64,000 nucleotides of DNA from Deltaproteobacteria bacterium (GCA_022340745.1 JAJDNL010000133.1:5315-69314), one strand, 5' to 3'; positions 26,791 through 36,905 are shown, counted from the first letter of the stretch. Made by a program: numbers and translations. The notes: generated by a model from the sequence alone, not told the origin.

Positions 26791-27268
26791 CAGACTAAAA
26801 GGACATCCCTGGAAAACCGCGTCGGTGGGGGACGAGACCGACTCCATCTGTCCCCGTTGTGATGATGAGACCATTCACCGGGTGGTGGCCATGAAAGATA
26901 AAAAGATTCACCTGGTGATTTGCCGCCGTTGCAACAGCCAACACCGCTACCGACCCTCACTGGCTACCATAACCAAGAAGGTTCCTCTTCCATCCGAACG
27001 CCAAGCAAAGGTGTTGAAGAAAGTTGGGTCAGTCAGAACCTCTCGTCCCCAGGTGTCCTTGAACGAGTGGCAAGCACTCAAGGAGATAGCCGGCGACAAG
27101 GAGCCTCTGCCATACGACCCGACCGTTTCTTACCGTGAAAAACAGATCGTGTCCCATCGAATCTTCGGACTTGGCTTCGTGCGCAAGGTGATTGACAAAT
27201 CGAAGATCGAGGTGGTTTTCGAGCACGAGGTCAAGATTCTGGCTATGAGCAGACCGAGGCGAGATTAG
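26765..27268 (+). CDS. hypothetical zinc-ribbon protein
   Basis: CPRCDDE...CRRCNS ribbon. Start uncertain (overlaps oadB end). Confidence 0.4.
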   Translation: MFSGVSLVDRLKGHPWKTASVGDETDSICPRCDDETIHRVVAMKDKKIHLVICRRCNSQHRYRPSLATITKKVPLPSERQAKVLKKVGSVRTSRPQVSLNEWQALKEIAGDKEPLPYDPTVSYREKQIVSHRIFGLGFVRKVIDKSKIEVVFEHEVKILAMSRPRRD

Positions 27269-27375
27269 GCGCTGACGGAGAGTGGTCAGTAGCCAGCAGG
27301 AATTGAGAATAGAGCAGAAGACAGGCTGAGTATCAAATGCGAAATTCTAAGCACGAAACAAATTCTGAGCAACAG

Positions 27376-27460
27376 ATGTGGGATGTGCGATATGTGATGT
27401 GAGATTCAACATTTCTCCCGGGATTCAGTATCCCACATCTCAGATCTCACATCTCACATC
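27376..27460. repeat. palindromic word repeat (TGTGGGAT..ATCCCACA, GATGTGAGAT..ATCTCACATC) between convergent genes
   Basis: Same word family as 2988..3174. Confidence 0.55.
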
Positions 27461-27513
27461 AAAATTGGGGTTGTTTGGAATCTATCTTTTTGCCCGATGC
27501 CTCATGGTTGTTT

Positions 27514-29799
27514 CTAGGAACGTGTGCTCAGTATTGCAGTGATGAAGGGCAAAATGGCCGTCAGATTTAGCAAAGCAAGAATAAAGAGCGTCTGATAAAT
27601 TCCCACCGTAGGTATAAAAACGAGTCCCACCAAGAGACAGCCCAGGCAGGATCCCAGAAGATCAACACCATATAGTAAACCCGAGATTGGGCCGACTTGC
27701 GGTAGCTCCTCCAGCAATATCCGGTTGGCCAGTGGAAAGTGAACCCCGCCGAGAAAACCCGCTACCAAACTTACTACAGAGAATGCTTCCCGGTACATGA
27801 ATTCGTGATGGCCAAAGCTCAGCCAATGGGAATAATGAACAAAAATGAAAGCCAAACCGAGACAGAAGCAGGCCAGGACGAACTGGAAGGTGACGAGGGT
27901 TCTAATCTGTAGGGGTCTATTTCTGGGGTAGTAACTAAAGGTGAAACTCCCCATAGCCAACCCTATCATGAAGAGAGCTAACAGAATCCCGATCTGATAG
28001 TAGACATAGCCGAAGAATACTTGGAAGGCAAAAACGATAAGAATTTCCAGGGATATTCCAGTAAGGCCAAAGACAGTAACAGTGTAGAGTATTCTGCTTT
28101 TTGGAATCTGGGAAGCACCGGATCGAAAGCCTTTGGTACAGCTAGTAACTGCAACAACGAGGCAAAAGAGAAGCATGCCTATCCAGATGGTACGCTTGCT
28201 CAACGCTGAGAAGGCTTTTGCTATTATGGGCGAGTAGTGCGAGCCCCAAAGGAGGAGATTATAGGAATAGGCTCTGGGGTTAAGATCACTGTTTTCTTGG
28301 TTTTCGTCTGCTTCCTCGATCATGGCCATGAAACTTTCTTGTCGCAAAGGCGAAAGATCCCAGAGTATATAGTGATCTTGTACGTAGAGGAGATCCAGCT
28401 GGCGCTGGCGCATTCTTGCCACCAAGGTCTCCGGTTGTTTGGTTAGGATGCCTGGAGAATTTGAGCAAAAGAAACGGGCAGTTTGGCCAGGGAATACCAC
28501 CACTTCAGCGAAAACGCTGGATGCAGTTCGATAGAGGAGTTTCAAGTACCTAGCCTGAATAGGACCGAGTGCAGTCTCAGCTGCACTGGCAGTAAAAAAG
28601 AAAACGCCACCAGCACGCATCTTACTAGCGGCCAGGCGGAAAAATTCTTGGGTGTAAAAGCGGTTTATCTGTGCGGTAAAAGGTTCGGGAAGATTTAGCA
28701 AAATAACGTCGAACTTGTTAGATGTACGAGAAAGATAGCTTCGCCCATCTTCATAGAGGACTCTGGCCCGGCCGTCTTGCAGGGCAGCAGTCACATCCCC
28801 CGGCAGATATTTTTCCCCCAACTGGATGAGTGCGGGATCCAGTTCCACGTACTCTACCTTGAGAACACTCGGATGTAAGAGCAACTGCGCCAGAGATCCG
28901 GAGACCCCACCTCCGATGAGAAGTACACTCTCAGGCTGTGGATGTTGTAAAAGTCCATAGTGAACCGCCTCTTCAGCGCTCAATTCATCTGGGACTGTAA
29001 AGTTCCAGAGACCGTTTTCAAAGAAGGTGATCTGGTTCTCTCTGGCTACTACAACGATGTGACCGTAGATGGTTTCTTGAGAGTCGAAAAGGCGGAATCC
29101 GGACCATTGCCATTGGCGACTGGCCCTGTCCATATCTGTACTTCGGTATTGCACGGTGGCAAGGCCAAGGAAAAGACATGCAAAAATCAAAATATCAACC
29201 TGGCGGTTTCGGACGGCCTGTAGGGCGATTAAAAACCCTGCAGAGCAGAGAAGGAGCCCGATGGAGCTAGCGATCTGTAGTGCACTGAAATGGTGAATCA
29301 ATATGAGGGTAAAAAGGAGTCCTCCGATACCAGCCCCCAAGCCCTCCAGAAAGTAAACCAGACCGGGAGACCTCGTCCAGGCTGGTATTTGAGCAGCCAA
29401 GAGAGAACAAGCCAGACTGAACAACAACCCGGAGATCAGACAGAAGGGTGCAAGAGTGAGAAAAGAAATTGCCAGCATCTGCCCCAAGGTGACTAGCTCT
29501 CCGGCGCCGACCTGAAAAAGAGTACGCGCCGCCCTGATAAGGAAGATAGTCGAGACAAGGATGAGACCGCTGCCCCCCTGAAGGTAGCCAAACAAGAGCA
29601 GGCTGCCGCCATAATACTGTGACAGTTTGCTGCCTAGCAGTCCGCCAAGGGCCGTCCAAAAAAGCCAGGCAGCAAGGACGATGGCCACTGCCAATTCAGT
29701 GCCGGAAAAAACGGTGAGCAATTCTCGCAGTACAAGAATTTGACCAATGGTGGCCGCAAAACCTAGGAGGACAAAAGCGAGGATGGTGGTCACTTTCAT
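27514..29799 (-). CDS. membrane-embedded spermidine synthase-like protein (polyamine aminopropyltransferase domain fused to multi-TM regions)
   Basis: 761 aa. About 7 N-terminal and about 6 C-terminal TM helices. Central ..VLLIGGGVSGSLAQ..VEYVELDPALI..DVILLNLPEP.. spermidine synthase motifs. Confidence 0.7.
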   Translation of the reverse strand: MKVTTILAFVLLGFAATIGQILVLRELLTVFSGTELAVAIVLAAWLFWTALGGLLGSKLSQYYGGSLLLFGYLQGGSGLILVSTIFLIRAARTLFQVGAGELVTLGQMLAISFLTLAPFCLISGLLFSLACSLLAAQIPAWTRSPGLVYFLEGLGAGIGGLLFTLILIHHFSALQIASSIGLLLCSAGFLIALQAVRNRQVDILIFACLFLGLATVQYRSTDMDRASRQWQWSGFRLFDSQETIYGHIVVVARENQITFFENGLWNFTVPDELSAEEAVHYGLLQHPQPESVLLIGGGVSGSLAQLLLHPSVLKVEYVELDPALIQLGEKYLPGDVTAALQDGRARVLYEDGRSYLSRTSNKFDVILLNLPEPFTAQINRFYTQEFFRLAASKMRAGGVFFFTASAAETALGPIQARYLKLLYRTASSVFAEVVVFPGQTARFFCSNSPGILTKQPETLVARMRQRQLDLLYVQDHYILWDLSPLRQESFMAMIEEADENQENSDLNPRAYSYNLLLWGSHYSPIIAKAFSALSKRTIWIGMLLFCLVVAVTSCTKGFRSGASQIPKSRILYTVTVFGLTGISLEILIVFAFQVFFGYVYYQIGILLALFMIGLAMGSFTFSYYPRNRPLQIRTLVTFQFVLACFCLGLAFIFVHYSHWLSFGHHEFMYREAFSVVSLVAGFLGGVHFPLANRILLEELPQVGPISGLLYGVDLLGSCLGCLLVGLVFIPTVGIYQTLFILALLNLTAILPFITAILSTRS

Positions 29800-30056
29800 G
29801 TCTTGATCAATACACTATTTTGTCAGGCCAATCCAAGGGTTTTCATATTTAAAAGCAAGAAGACAGGAGACAGGAGACAGGAGTCAGGAGTCAGAATGAA
29901 AAATCAAATAGCGAATACCTCTTTTCTACTGACTACTGGCTATTTAGTTTCTTCGTTTTGCCTCCAACCTAAAGCGCAGCGCTCCTCCAACCTCCAACCC
30001 TATGCTCTATGCTTCTTGCCGTGTGCCTTCAAAGCTGACAGCTTCGAAATTTGCCC

Positions 30057-30085
30057 TTGACAAAAACATTCGTCCCAGCTACTAT
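30057..30085 (+). promoter_or_regulatory. sigma-70 promoter for fur
   Basis: TTGACA (30057-62), 17-nt spacer, TACTAT (30080-85), 27 nt before ATG 30113. Confidence 0.5.
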
Positions 30086-30112
30086 CGCAAATCGTTCTCA
30101 ATAAGGATCAAC

Positions 30113-30547
30113 ATGAAAAGTGAAATTGAGGTATTCAGAGAATTCATTCGCAATAAGGGTTTAAGAAAAACACCCGAGCGTGAACAGGTTGTCAGAGCGG
30201 TATTTGCCATCCACGACCATTTTGACGTGGATGAACTTTACGTGCTACTCCGGCGCGAGAACGAGAAAATCTCCAAAGCTACGATTTACCGTACTATTCC
30301 CCTGCTGCTTGAGAGCGGCCTCATCCAGGAAGCCTACTTCGAGGATGGGCATCTGCATTACGAACATATCTATGGGCATGAGCACCACTGCCACCTTCGT
30401 TGTCTAGAATGTGGTCAAATTATTGAATTTACAGAAGAAATTGTCAGAGATGTAGAGGAAAAGGTCGGTGAGCGTTATGATTTTCTTGTAACTGGACACA
30501 AACTCGAAGTGTATGGGCATTGTGTCAAATGTAAGGTGCACAGGTGA
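30113..30547 (+). CDS. fur: Fur-family transcriptional regulator
   Basis: 144 aa. ..KGLRKTPEREQVVRAVF..HHCHLRCLECGQIIEF..HKLEVYGHCVKC.. Confidence 0.8.
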   Translation: MKSEIEVFREFIRNKGLRKTPEREQVVRAVFAIHDHFDVDELYVLLRRENEKISKATIYRTIPLLLESGLIQEAYFEDGHLHYEHIYGHEHHCHLRCLECGQIIEFTEEIVRDVEEKVGERYDFLVTGHKLEVYGHCVKCKVHR

Positions 30548-30621
30548 GTAACAGCGCAAATGGCAAAAGTGTGCGACAGATTCGCGACGAAATGGTGCTT
30601 AGATAAGGGAGTCGAGGCTCG

Positions 30622-31320
30622 ATGGAACGGTTACACCAATACGAGAAAGATGAATTCATCCACATCTGCAAAGAGCATGGCCTGAACTATAGCGATAAGA
30701 GGTTGCTGGTGCTCGAGGCATTCTTGGGGACAACAGAGCACCTCACTGTTGCCGCTATCAAGGAGGAGCTCGAAAGCCAAGGCCAGCAATTGGCCAGCGA
30801 CTTTATTGGCGAGACCTTGGATCTTCTCTGCCGCTATGGCTATGCTTACAAGACGGAATTTGAGGGCCAGGAGGTCCAGTATGAACATCGCCACATAGGT
30901 TGGCATCATGACCATCTCATATGCGCCGACTGCGGCAAAATTCAGGAGTTCCACAACAGAGAGATTGAAGCATTGCAGCGACAAATCGCCCAGGATAGAT
31001 ATTTTACCTTGCTGCATCATAAAATGGAGCTCTACGGCATTTGTGGAGAGTGCCGGAAACAGCGGCGACCTGGTATTCCTTTATCTTATGTACTTCCTGG
31101 AGAGGAAGTTGTTATCGAGCGATTGCTCGGTGGGAAACAGGTTCAACAGCGATTGGCTGACATGGGACTTATCCCCGGAACAACTGTAGAAGTTATAAAA
31201 GCAAGCGGACCCGGCCCTATCATCGTTGCCTTCCGAGGCAGCAGAATCGCCCTGGGGCGCGGCCTCAGCCAGAAAGTGCTCGTCTCTACCAATAACAACC
31301 CTGCCAAAGACACTGGCTGA
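30622..31320 (+). CDS. Fur-family regulator fused to C-terminal FeoA domain
   Basis: 232 aa in one uninterrupted ORF. Fur core (..HDHLICADCGKIQEF..HKMELYGICGEC..) followed by LSYVLPGEEVVIERLLGGKQVQQRLADMGLIPGTTVEVIKASGPGPIIVAFRGSRIALGRGLSQKVLV, a FeoA SH3-like domain. Confidence 0.7.
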   Translation: MERLHQYEKDEFIHICKEHGLNYSDKRLLVLEAFLGTTEHLTVAAIKEELESQGQQLASDFIGETLDLLCRYGYAYKTEFEGQEVQYEHRHIGWHHDHLICADCGKIQEFHNREIEALQRQIAQDRYFTLLHHKMELYGICGECRKQRRPGIPLSYVLPGEEVVIERLLGGKQVQQRLADMGLIPGTTVEVIKASGPGPIIVAFRGSRIALGRGLSQKVLVSTNNNPAKDTG

Positions 31321-31416
31321 GGAGTTCCTCTCATATTGGTTCCCGGTTACAATCCTTATCATCTCTGCAGACGAGGGTGAATTTGGTGGGACACTTTATA
31401 GGTCGAATTTGGAGCT

Positions 31417-31665
31417 ATGGTGATGATTCCATTGAGTGAGTTCAAAGAAGGTGAGCGAGGTGTGATCAGACAATTGAACGGCAGTGGCACCTTTCGCAAG
31501 AGACTGCAGGAGATGGGCTTTATCAGGGGATCTGAGGTATTCGTTGAAAAATATGCTCCTCTGCGAGATCCAATTGAACTGGTGATCAAAGGCTACCACG
31601 TGTCGCTACGGATGGATGAGGCGTCCCAGATAATGATGGAAAAGCTGGAGCAAGAACAAAAGTGA
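31417..31665 (+). CDS. feoA: FeoA-family protein
   Basis: 82 aa. ..LSEFKEGERGVIRQLNGSGTFRKRLQEMGFIRGSEVFV.. Confidence 0.8.
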   Translation: MVMIPLSEFKEGERGVIRQLNGSGTFRKRLQEMGFIRGSEVFVEKYAPLRDPIELVIKGYHVSLRMDEASQIMMEKLEQEQK

Positions 31666-33845
31666 AGAAAGAAACCATTACTGTTGCCCTGACCGGCAAC
31701 CCGAACTCTGGCAAGACCACCATTTTCAATAATCTTACAGGTACTCGCCAGCATGTGGGAAACTGGCCGGGGGTGACGGTAGAGAAGAAGATGGGAACCG
31801 TGCTCCATAACGACCACCGGTTGCAGGTGGTTGACCTGCCGGGGACTTACAGTCTTACCGCATATTCCATCGAAGAAATCGTGGCCCGCAGTTTTCTGGT
31901 TGACTCGAAGCCGGATGTGGTTGTGGATATTGTGGATGCCTCCAATCTGGAGAGAAATCTCTACCTCGCCACCCAGCTTATAGAGATGGGGGTAAAGCTT
32001 ATTCTGGCCCTTAACATGGCTGATGTGGCCCAGTCACGCGGCCACCAGATTGACGCTGAGAGTCTGGGTACTCTCCTGGGTGTGCCTGTGGTTTTCACTA
32101 TCGGTACCAAGAATCAGGGGATGAAGGAACTACTGGACAAAGTGCTGGAAGTGGTGGAGGACAGGGATACGGTGAGCCGGCACATCCACATTTCTTACGG
32201 CCACGAGATGGAGAAAGAGATCAAGAAGATCCAGGACGTTATCTGGAAGGATCCCTCAGTTGGCGAGCGCTTTTCAACCCGCTGGTTGGCCGTGAAATTG
32301 TTGGAAAATGATGCAGCCGTGCAAGAGAGGGTACGATCGTTCGGGGAGATCGGCGAAGAAATTTTGGCTCAAGCTGAGGCGAGTCGCGAGCGGTTGGTTG
32401 AGTTTTATAAGGACGACGCTGAAATGGTACTCACAGACCAGCGTTATGGCTTTATTGGGGGGGCTCTCAAGGAGGTCCTTAAAGTCTCCACCAAAAGCAA
32501 ACTTGATCTCTCCAGGCAGGTAGATCTGTTTCTTACCAATAGGATTCTGGGTTTTCCCGTCTTCATTTTCTTCATCTGGGCCATGTTTCAGCTGACCTTT
32601 ACCGTGGGGGCCTATCCAATGGAATGGATAGACGCCGGGGTGACCTGGCTCGGGGCCGTTGTGACTGCGCTGCTGCCGGCGGGACTCCTACAGGACCTAC
32701 TGGTCAACGGCATCATAGCCGGAGTGGGTAGTGTAATTATTTTCTTGCCCAACATTTTGATTCTTTTTTTCTGTATTGCCGTGTTTGAGGATACAGGCTA
32801 CTTGGCGAGAGCCGCCTTTATCATGGACAGGGTAATGCATGTCATTGGTCTGCACGGCAAGTCGTTTATTCCCCTGCTCATGGGTTTTGGTTGCAACGCT
32901 CCGGCGATCATGGCTACTCGCACCCTCGAAAGCGAGCGTGATCGGTTGCTGAGCATCCTGATCAACCCTCTGATCAGTTGCTCAGCCCGATTACCCGTGT
33001 ATATACTGCTGGCCGGCACATTTTTCGGAGCCAGTGCTGGCAACGTCATCTTCAGTATCTATGGGCTCGGCATTGCTCTGGCCATAGCCATGGGCAAGCT
33101 CTTCAGTGTGACTCTTTTTCGGGGTGACATCGCTCCCTTTGTAATGGAACTTCCCCCCTATCGGGCGCCAACATTGAAGAGTTTGCTGATTCACATGTGG
33201 GATCGCAGTCAGATTTTCTTGCGTAAAATGAGTGGAGTGATCCTGGTAGGTTCCATCCTGGTCTGGGTCCTCAGCAGTTTCCCACGAAGCCCCGATCTGC
33301 TCCGGGGCCAGGCTGTGGAGACAGGGGCCACGAGTGCCACCCAGGAACGGGTGCTCACCGCTGCTGAATCCCAACGATCAGCGTCGGCCTCGATGGTGGA
33401 CGAGAATCTGAAGAGTTCGGTAGCAAACATTGAAATGGCAAGGCTGGAAAATAGCTTTCTCGGGAGGTTGGGCCATTTCATTCAACCAATCTTTGCTCCC
33501 TTGGGTTTTGACTGGCGAACGAGTGTTGCCGTGCTCACAGGATTTGTGGCAAAAGAGATTGTGGTGAGCACGCTTGGAGTATTGTATGCAGCCGGAGCCG
33601 ATGTGAACGAGGAGAGTGAAGCCTTGCGCCGGTCCTTGCGGGCCTCAGGCATGACTGCTCTCGGGGCATACACCCTCATGGCTTTTGTGCTTATTTACAT
33701 TCCGTGTTTGGCTACGGTGGCGGTGATTCGGCGCGAGACCAATTCCTGGAAGTGGACCGGGTTTAGTATTGGCTATTCTCTGGTCCTGGCATGGATGGTC
33801 TCCTTCCTAATCTATCAAGGCGGGAAGATTGCTGGGCTGGGATAG
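31662..33845 (+). CDS. feoB: ferrous iron transporter FeoB
   Basis: 727 aa. GTG start overlapping feoA TGA (GTGA). G-domain ALTGNPNSGKTTIFNNLTG, gate motifs and multi-TM region. Confidence 0.9.
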   Translation: MKKETITVALTGNPNSGKTTIFNNLTGTRQHVGNWPGVTVEKKMGTVLHNDHRLQVVDLPGTYSLTAYSIEEIVARSFLVDSKPDVVVDIVDASNLERNLYLATQLIEMGVKLILALNMADVAQSRGHQIDAESLGTLLGVPVVFTIGTKNQGMKELLDKVLEVVEDRDTVSRHIHISYGHEMEKEIKKIQDVIWKDPSVGERFSTRWLAVKLLENDAAVQERVRSFGEIGEEILAQAEASRERLVEFYKDDAEMVLTDQRYGFIGGALKEVLKVSTKSKLDLSRQVDLFLTNRILGFPVFIFFIWAMFQLTFTVGAYPMEWIDAGVTWLGAVVTALLPAGLLQDLLVNGIIAGVGSVIIFLPNILILFFCIAVFEDTGYLARAAFIMDRVMHVIGLHGKSFIPLLMGFGCNAPAIMATRTLESERDRLLSILINPLISCSARLPVYILLAGTFFGASAGNVIFSIYGLGIALAIAMGKLFSVTLFRGDIAPFVMELPPYRAPTLKSLLIHMWDRSQIFLRKMSGVILVGSILVWVLSSFPRSPDLLRGQAVETGATSATQERVLTAAESQRSASASMVDENLKSSVANIEMARLENSFLGRLGHFIQPIFAPLGFDWRTSVAVLTGFVAKEIVVSTLGVLYAAGADVNEESEALRRSLRASGMTALGAYTLMAFVLIYIPCLATVAVIRRETNSWKWTGFSIGYSLVLAWMVSFLIYQGGKIAGLG

Positions 33846-33872
33846 CCACAAAGTGCCTGGCACTTTGTGGCA
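33846..33872 (+). terminator. perfect 13-bp palindromic hairpin directly after feoB stop (no T-run)
   Basis: GCCACAAAGTGCC-t-GGCACTTTGTGGC followed by agcaggcagg. Confidence 0.35.
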
Positions 33873-34084
33873 GCAGGCAGGAGTCAGCAAGCAGCAGGCA
33901 GTTTTCCGGTGAGCAGCCCTGGGTGGGGGCCTCGAGGTTGGGGGCAAATCGAAATGAAACGGAGAGGAGACGAGGAATACAGAGGCCAAGTGACAGAACG
34001 CAGCATCAGGAAAAGAAAAAGTCAAACGAGAATCTCTTAACTCCTGGATTCTGACTCCTGACTTCTGGCTCCTTTATTTTTATT

Positions 34085-34789
34085 ATGGCCATGAAAGACT
34101 ATCAAGTCAAAAGAATGTTCGAGACCATAGCCTTCTCCTATGACTTCCAGAACAGCTTTCTGTCATTAAGAAGGGATTCATATTGGAGGCGAGCCATGGC
34201 TCAGTGCCTTCGGTTGCCGACGGAAGCTCTTGTACTCGATATGGCCACGGGTACAGGTGAAGTAGCAATCGAGATTTGCAAACATCACCCGCGGGTCGGG
34301 GTTGTTGGGGTGGATTTCTCACCCAAGATGCTTAGATTTGGCAGGCGAAAGGGAAAGTTCAAGAGGTTCGACAGCCGTATTCACTTGAGTCTGGGCGATG
34401 GCCGTCACCTACCGTTAAAGAGTGCGTCCTTTGATGCAGCCACGATTGCATTCGGAATCAGGAACATTGAGGAACGAGACCAAGCGCTGGCAGAGTTCTA
34501 CCGTGTGCTCAAGCCAAAGGGGCAACTACTCATAATGGAGTTCGATATCCCTGACGATCCACTACTGGGGACCATATACAAACTTTACTTTGACTACCTT
34601 CTGCCTCCTCTGGGCAACTTGTTGTCGCGGACAAATTATGCTTACAGTTATTTAGCCACTTCCGTACACGGTTTTCCATCCGCACCAGAATTTTTGCAGG
34701 AAATGGGTAAAGCCGGATTTACTTCTTTGAGGATTAAGAAGCTTACTTACGGGGTTGCCAAGATATTCAGAGGAATCAAAAGCGCATAG
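34085..34789 (+). CDS. ubiE: demethylmenaquinone/ubiquinone C-methyltransferase (UbiE/MenG family)
   Basis: MAMKDYQVKRMFETIAFSYDFQNSFLSL.. is the UbiE N-terminal signature. LDMATGTGEVAIE SAM motif. Confidence 0.8.
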   Translation: MAMKDYQVKRMFETIAFSYDFQNSFLSLRRDSYWRRAMAQCLRLPTEALVLDMATGTGEVAIEICKHHPRVGVVGVDFSPKMLRFGRRKGKFKRFDSRIHLSLGDGRHLPLKSASFDAATIAFGIRNIEERDQALAEFYRVLKPKGQLLIMEFDIPDDPLLGTIYKLYFDYLLPPLGNLLSRTNYAYSYLATSVHGFPSAPEFLQEMGKAGFTSLRIKKLTYGVAKIFRGIKSA

Positions 34790-34962
34790 CGTATGAAGCA
34801 AGAAGGGTGGAAACGGAATATTAGCGTAGATGTTCCCGAAAAGTTAAAATGTTTCTCCTGAATTCTGACTCCTGGCTCCTTACTCTATGCTCCATGCCCC
34901 ATGCCCTATGCTTTTTCCCACGGACAACGGACGACCGACTACGGACCACCGGAAGGTGTTAG

Positions 34963-35556
34963 ATGAAAGTTAACTGGCCTGAAAGACTATGGGTTAACAG
35001 TCCATTGCGTTATCTAATCCTGCAGCGTGAAACCCAGTACCTCAAGAGGGTAAGGGATCTGGAGCCTGGGACTCGCTGTCTGGAGATTGGCTGTGGTCAC
35101 GGTGCGGGAGCCAGAATTATTTTAAGAACCTTTCAACCGGAGCGGCTGGATGGCTTAGACGTTGATCCGGCCATGATTCGCTTGGCCATAAAAAGACAGC
35201 CACATTGGACAGTTGATCGTCTTCTGTTTTTTGTTGGCGATGCACAGCAGCTGCCCTATGGTGATGGTAGCATGGATGCTGTGTTTAATTTTGGTATTAT
35301 TCATCATTTAGAAGATTGGGAGCAGGGGATAAGAGAGATCTGCCGGGTTTTAAAGAAGGGTGGCGGGTTTTATTTCGAAGAGATTTATCCTGCGCTTTAC
35401 GCCAATGTAATTACGCGCAGGTTGCTCGACCATCCAACTGAGAACCGTTTTTACGGCCCAGAGTACCGCGCGGCCTTGCAGCAGGGGGGTCTCAGGCTGC
35501 TTCCCGGGCACAAGGAAACGCGGTTTGCTATTCTGGGCGTGGCGGTGAAGGAGTGA
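34963..35556 (+). CDS. class I SAM-dependent methyltransferase (Methyltransf_11-like)
   Basis: RCLEIGCGHGAGAR motif I. Confidence 0.7.
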   Translation: MKVNWPERLWVNSPLRYLILQRETQYLKRVRDLEPGTRCLEIGCGHGAGARIILRTFQPERLDGLDVDPAMIRLAIKRQPHWTVDRLLFFVGDAQQLPYGDGSMDAVFNFGIIHHLEDWEQGIREICRVLKKGGGFYFEEIYPALYANVITRRLLDHPTENRFYGPEYRAALQQGGLRLLPGHKETRFAILGVAVKE

Positions 35557-35682
35557 GCAGGAAGCCCTTCGGCAAGCTCAGGGCCTGGCGGCAAGCAGCA
35601 GGCAGTAATAAACTGGGCAGTAAGAACTAAGCACTGGGCACCCACAAGTCATTACACTTCGCGCAGATGCGCTTCGTTGTCA

Positions 35683-35815
35683 ATTGGGCTGGCGGCCGTC
35701 ATTAGGCCTTACGGCCGTCATTAAGTCGTAACAACAAATGACCACAAATGACAGCGTAGCGTTGTGACGGCCACTTTCAGTGGCCAAATGACCATGAGTG
35801 ACAGCCAAAAGCTGA
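35683..35815. repeat. GTCATT/AATGAC word palindrome element (copy 1)
   Basis: gtcaattgggctggcggccgtcattaggccttacggccgtcattaagtcg...aaatgaccacaaatgacagc..GGCCACTttcAGTGGCC..aatgaccatgagtgacagcc. Shares gggctggcgSccgtcatta and ggccttacggccgtcat with 52850..53100. Confidence 0.6.
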
Positions 35816-35837
35816 TAGCTTCTAAAGGAGTTTACAC

Positions 35838-36170
35838 GTGAGTGCTGGCAAACTAAAAAACATAATGCCAAAACGGCCTCGGTACCATGACAGGTTGCCG
35901 AAAAGACTCAGTGGGCGGTTAGCCAAAATCTACCAGAGGCTTCAGGAAGTTCCATATATCAATAAGCAGCAAATGGAGAAATGGCAGGAACGATTCTGTT
36001 ATTCTCCAGAGCCGGAACGCGAGGTCGACATATGGGAATGGATGGCCAACGAGTATGAGAAACGTACGGCTGACATCGAGGACCAGCCAGAAAAGAACCG
36101 TATATTCAAGAGACTATTAAGTGAATCGGTAGACTATGAACCCCTAGGCGTGCGGAAGTTGCCGGAATAA
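35838..36170 (+). CDS. hypothetical protein
   Basis: 110 aa, charged, no recognised motif. Confidence 0.4.
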   Translation: MSAGKLKNIMPKRPRYHDRLPKRLSGRLAKIYQRLQEVPYINKQQMEKWQERFCYSPEPEREVDIWEWMANEYEKRTADIEDQPEKNRIFKRLLSESVDYEPLGVRKLPE

Positions 36171-36208
36171 AGAAGAGGCGCAAGGCACAAGGCTCGAGAT
36201 GGGTTGGA

Positions 36209-36406
36209 TCATTCGGCGCCGTTTTTTTCTCTCCGCGTCTCTTCTTCGCGTTCGGCCGCGAGCTCCTGCTGGGCTTTCCAGGCAGGGCAGTACTGGCCAT
36301 GCCAGGACATAACCTTGCCAAAACGGGTTTCCGGATTCTTCCTGGCATAATTACATAAAGGGCAGTTATCACAGACCTTACCCAGTGTGTGTTGAAAACG
36401 ATTCAT
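36209..36406 (-). CDS. small cysteine-rich hypothetical protein
   Basis: 65 aa. CDNCPLCN...CPAWK. Confidence 0.35.
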   Translation of the reverse strand: MNRFQHTLGKVCDNCPLCNYARKNPETRFGKVMSWHGQYCPAWKAQQELAAEREEETRREKNGAE

Positions 36407-36457
36407 AGCTCATATTCCTGCAAGGAGATAGAATCTAGGAGCCAGAAGTTAGGAGAA

Positions 36458-36817
36458 CTATTTCTTTTCCCTCATTGACTTCATGTAGGATTCTAACATA
36501 CGACCTATTTCTCCAAGGTCATCGTTCAGATCCATGGCATCTACATATTCCAGATCGTGCGCGAGAATAATATAGTATCTTACTTCTTCCAATGAACCTT
36601 GGGCAATGTTGAAGTAACGCAGCTTCTCGGGAATGGTAGCTCGCTTAAAACCTTCAACGATGTTTGCCGGGATGGATACTGCTGCTCGACGAAGTTGAGA
36701 GGTTAAGCCAAAGAGTTCGTCTCTAGGAAACCCCTTGCTCAATTTATAGATTTTTATGACAAGCCTATGCGCCTTCTGCCAAACTATCAAATCTTCAAAC
36801 TTTTTCGCTTTTGACAT
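36458..36817 (-). CDS. four-helix-bundle protein (TIGR02436, 23S rRNA intervening-sequence protein / bAvd-like)
   Basis: MSKAKKFEDLIVWQKAHRLVIKIYKLSKGFPRDELFGLTSQLRRAAVSIPANIVEG.. is the characteristic family signature. SD AAAGGGGG before ATG 36817. Confidence 0.75.
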   Translation of the reverse strand: MSKAKKFEDLIVWQKAHRLVIKIYKLSKGFPRDELFGLTSQLRRAAVSIPANIVEGFKRATIPEKLRYFNIAQGSLEEVRYYIILAHDLEYVDAMDLNDDLGEIGRMLESYMKSMREKK

Positions 36818-36905
36818 TTTGTGCCCCCTTTCCAAATGAATTTGATTGATACTACTTGATATACTCCTGACTCCTATCTCCTGACTTCTCCTTATAACTT
36901 TTTTC

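Noticed and set aside
30547-30622. Fur box upstream of the fur-feoA gene
   Set aside because: No convincing match to GATAATGATAATCATTATC could be made by eye. A computational PWM scan is needed.
33846-33872. sigma-54 promoter-like TGGCAC within hairpin after feoB
   Set aside because: GG/GC spacing is off by one and the motif is part of a perfect terminator-like palindrome.
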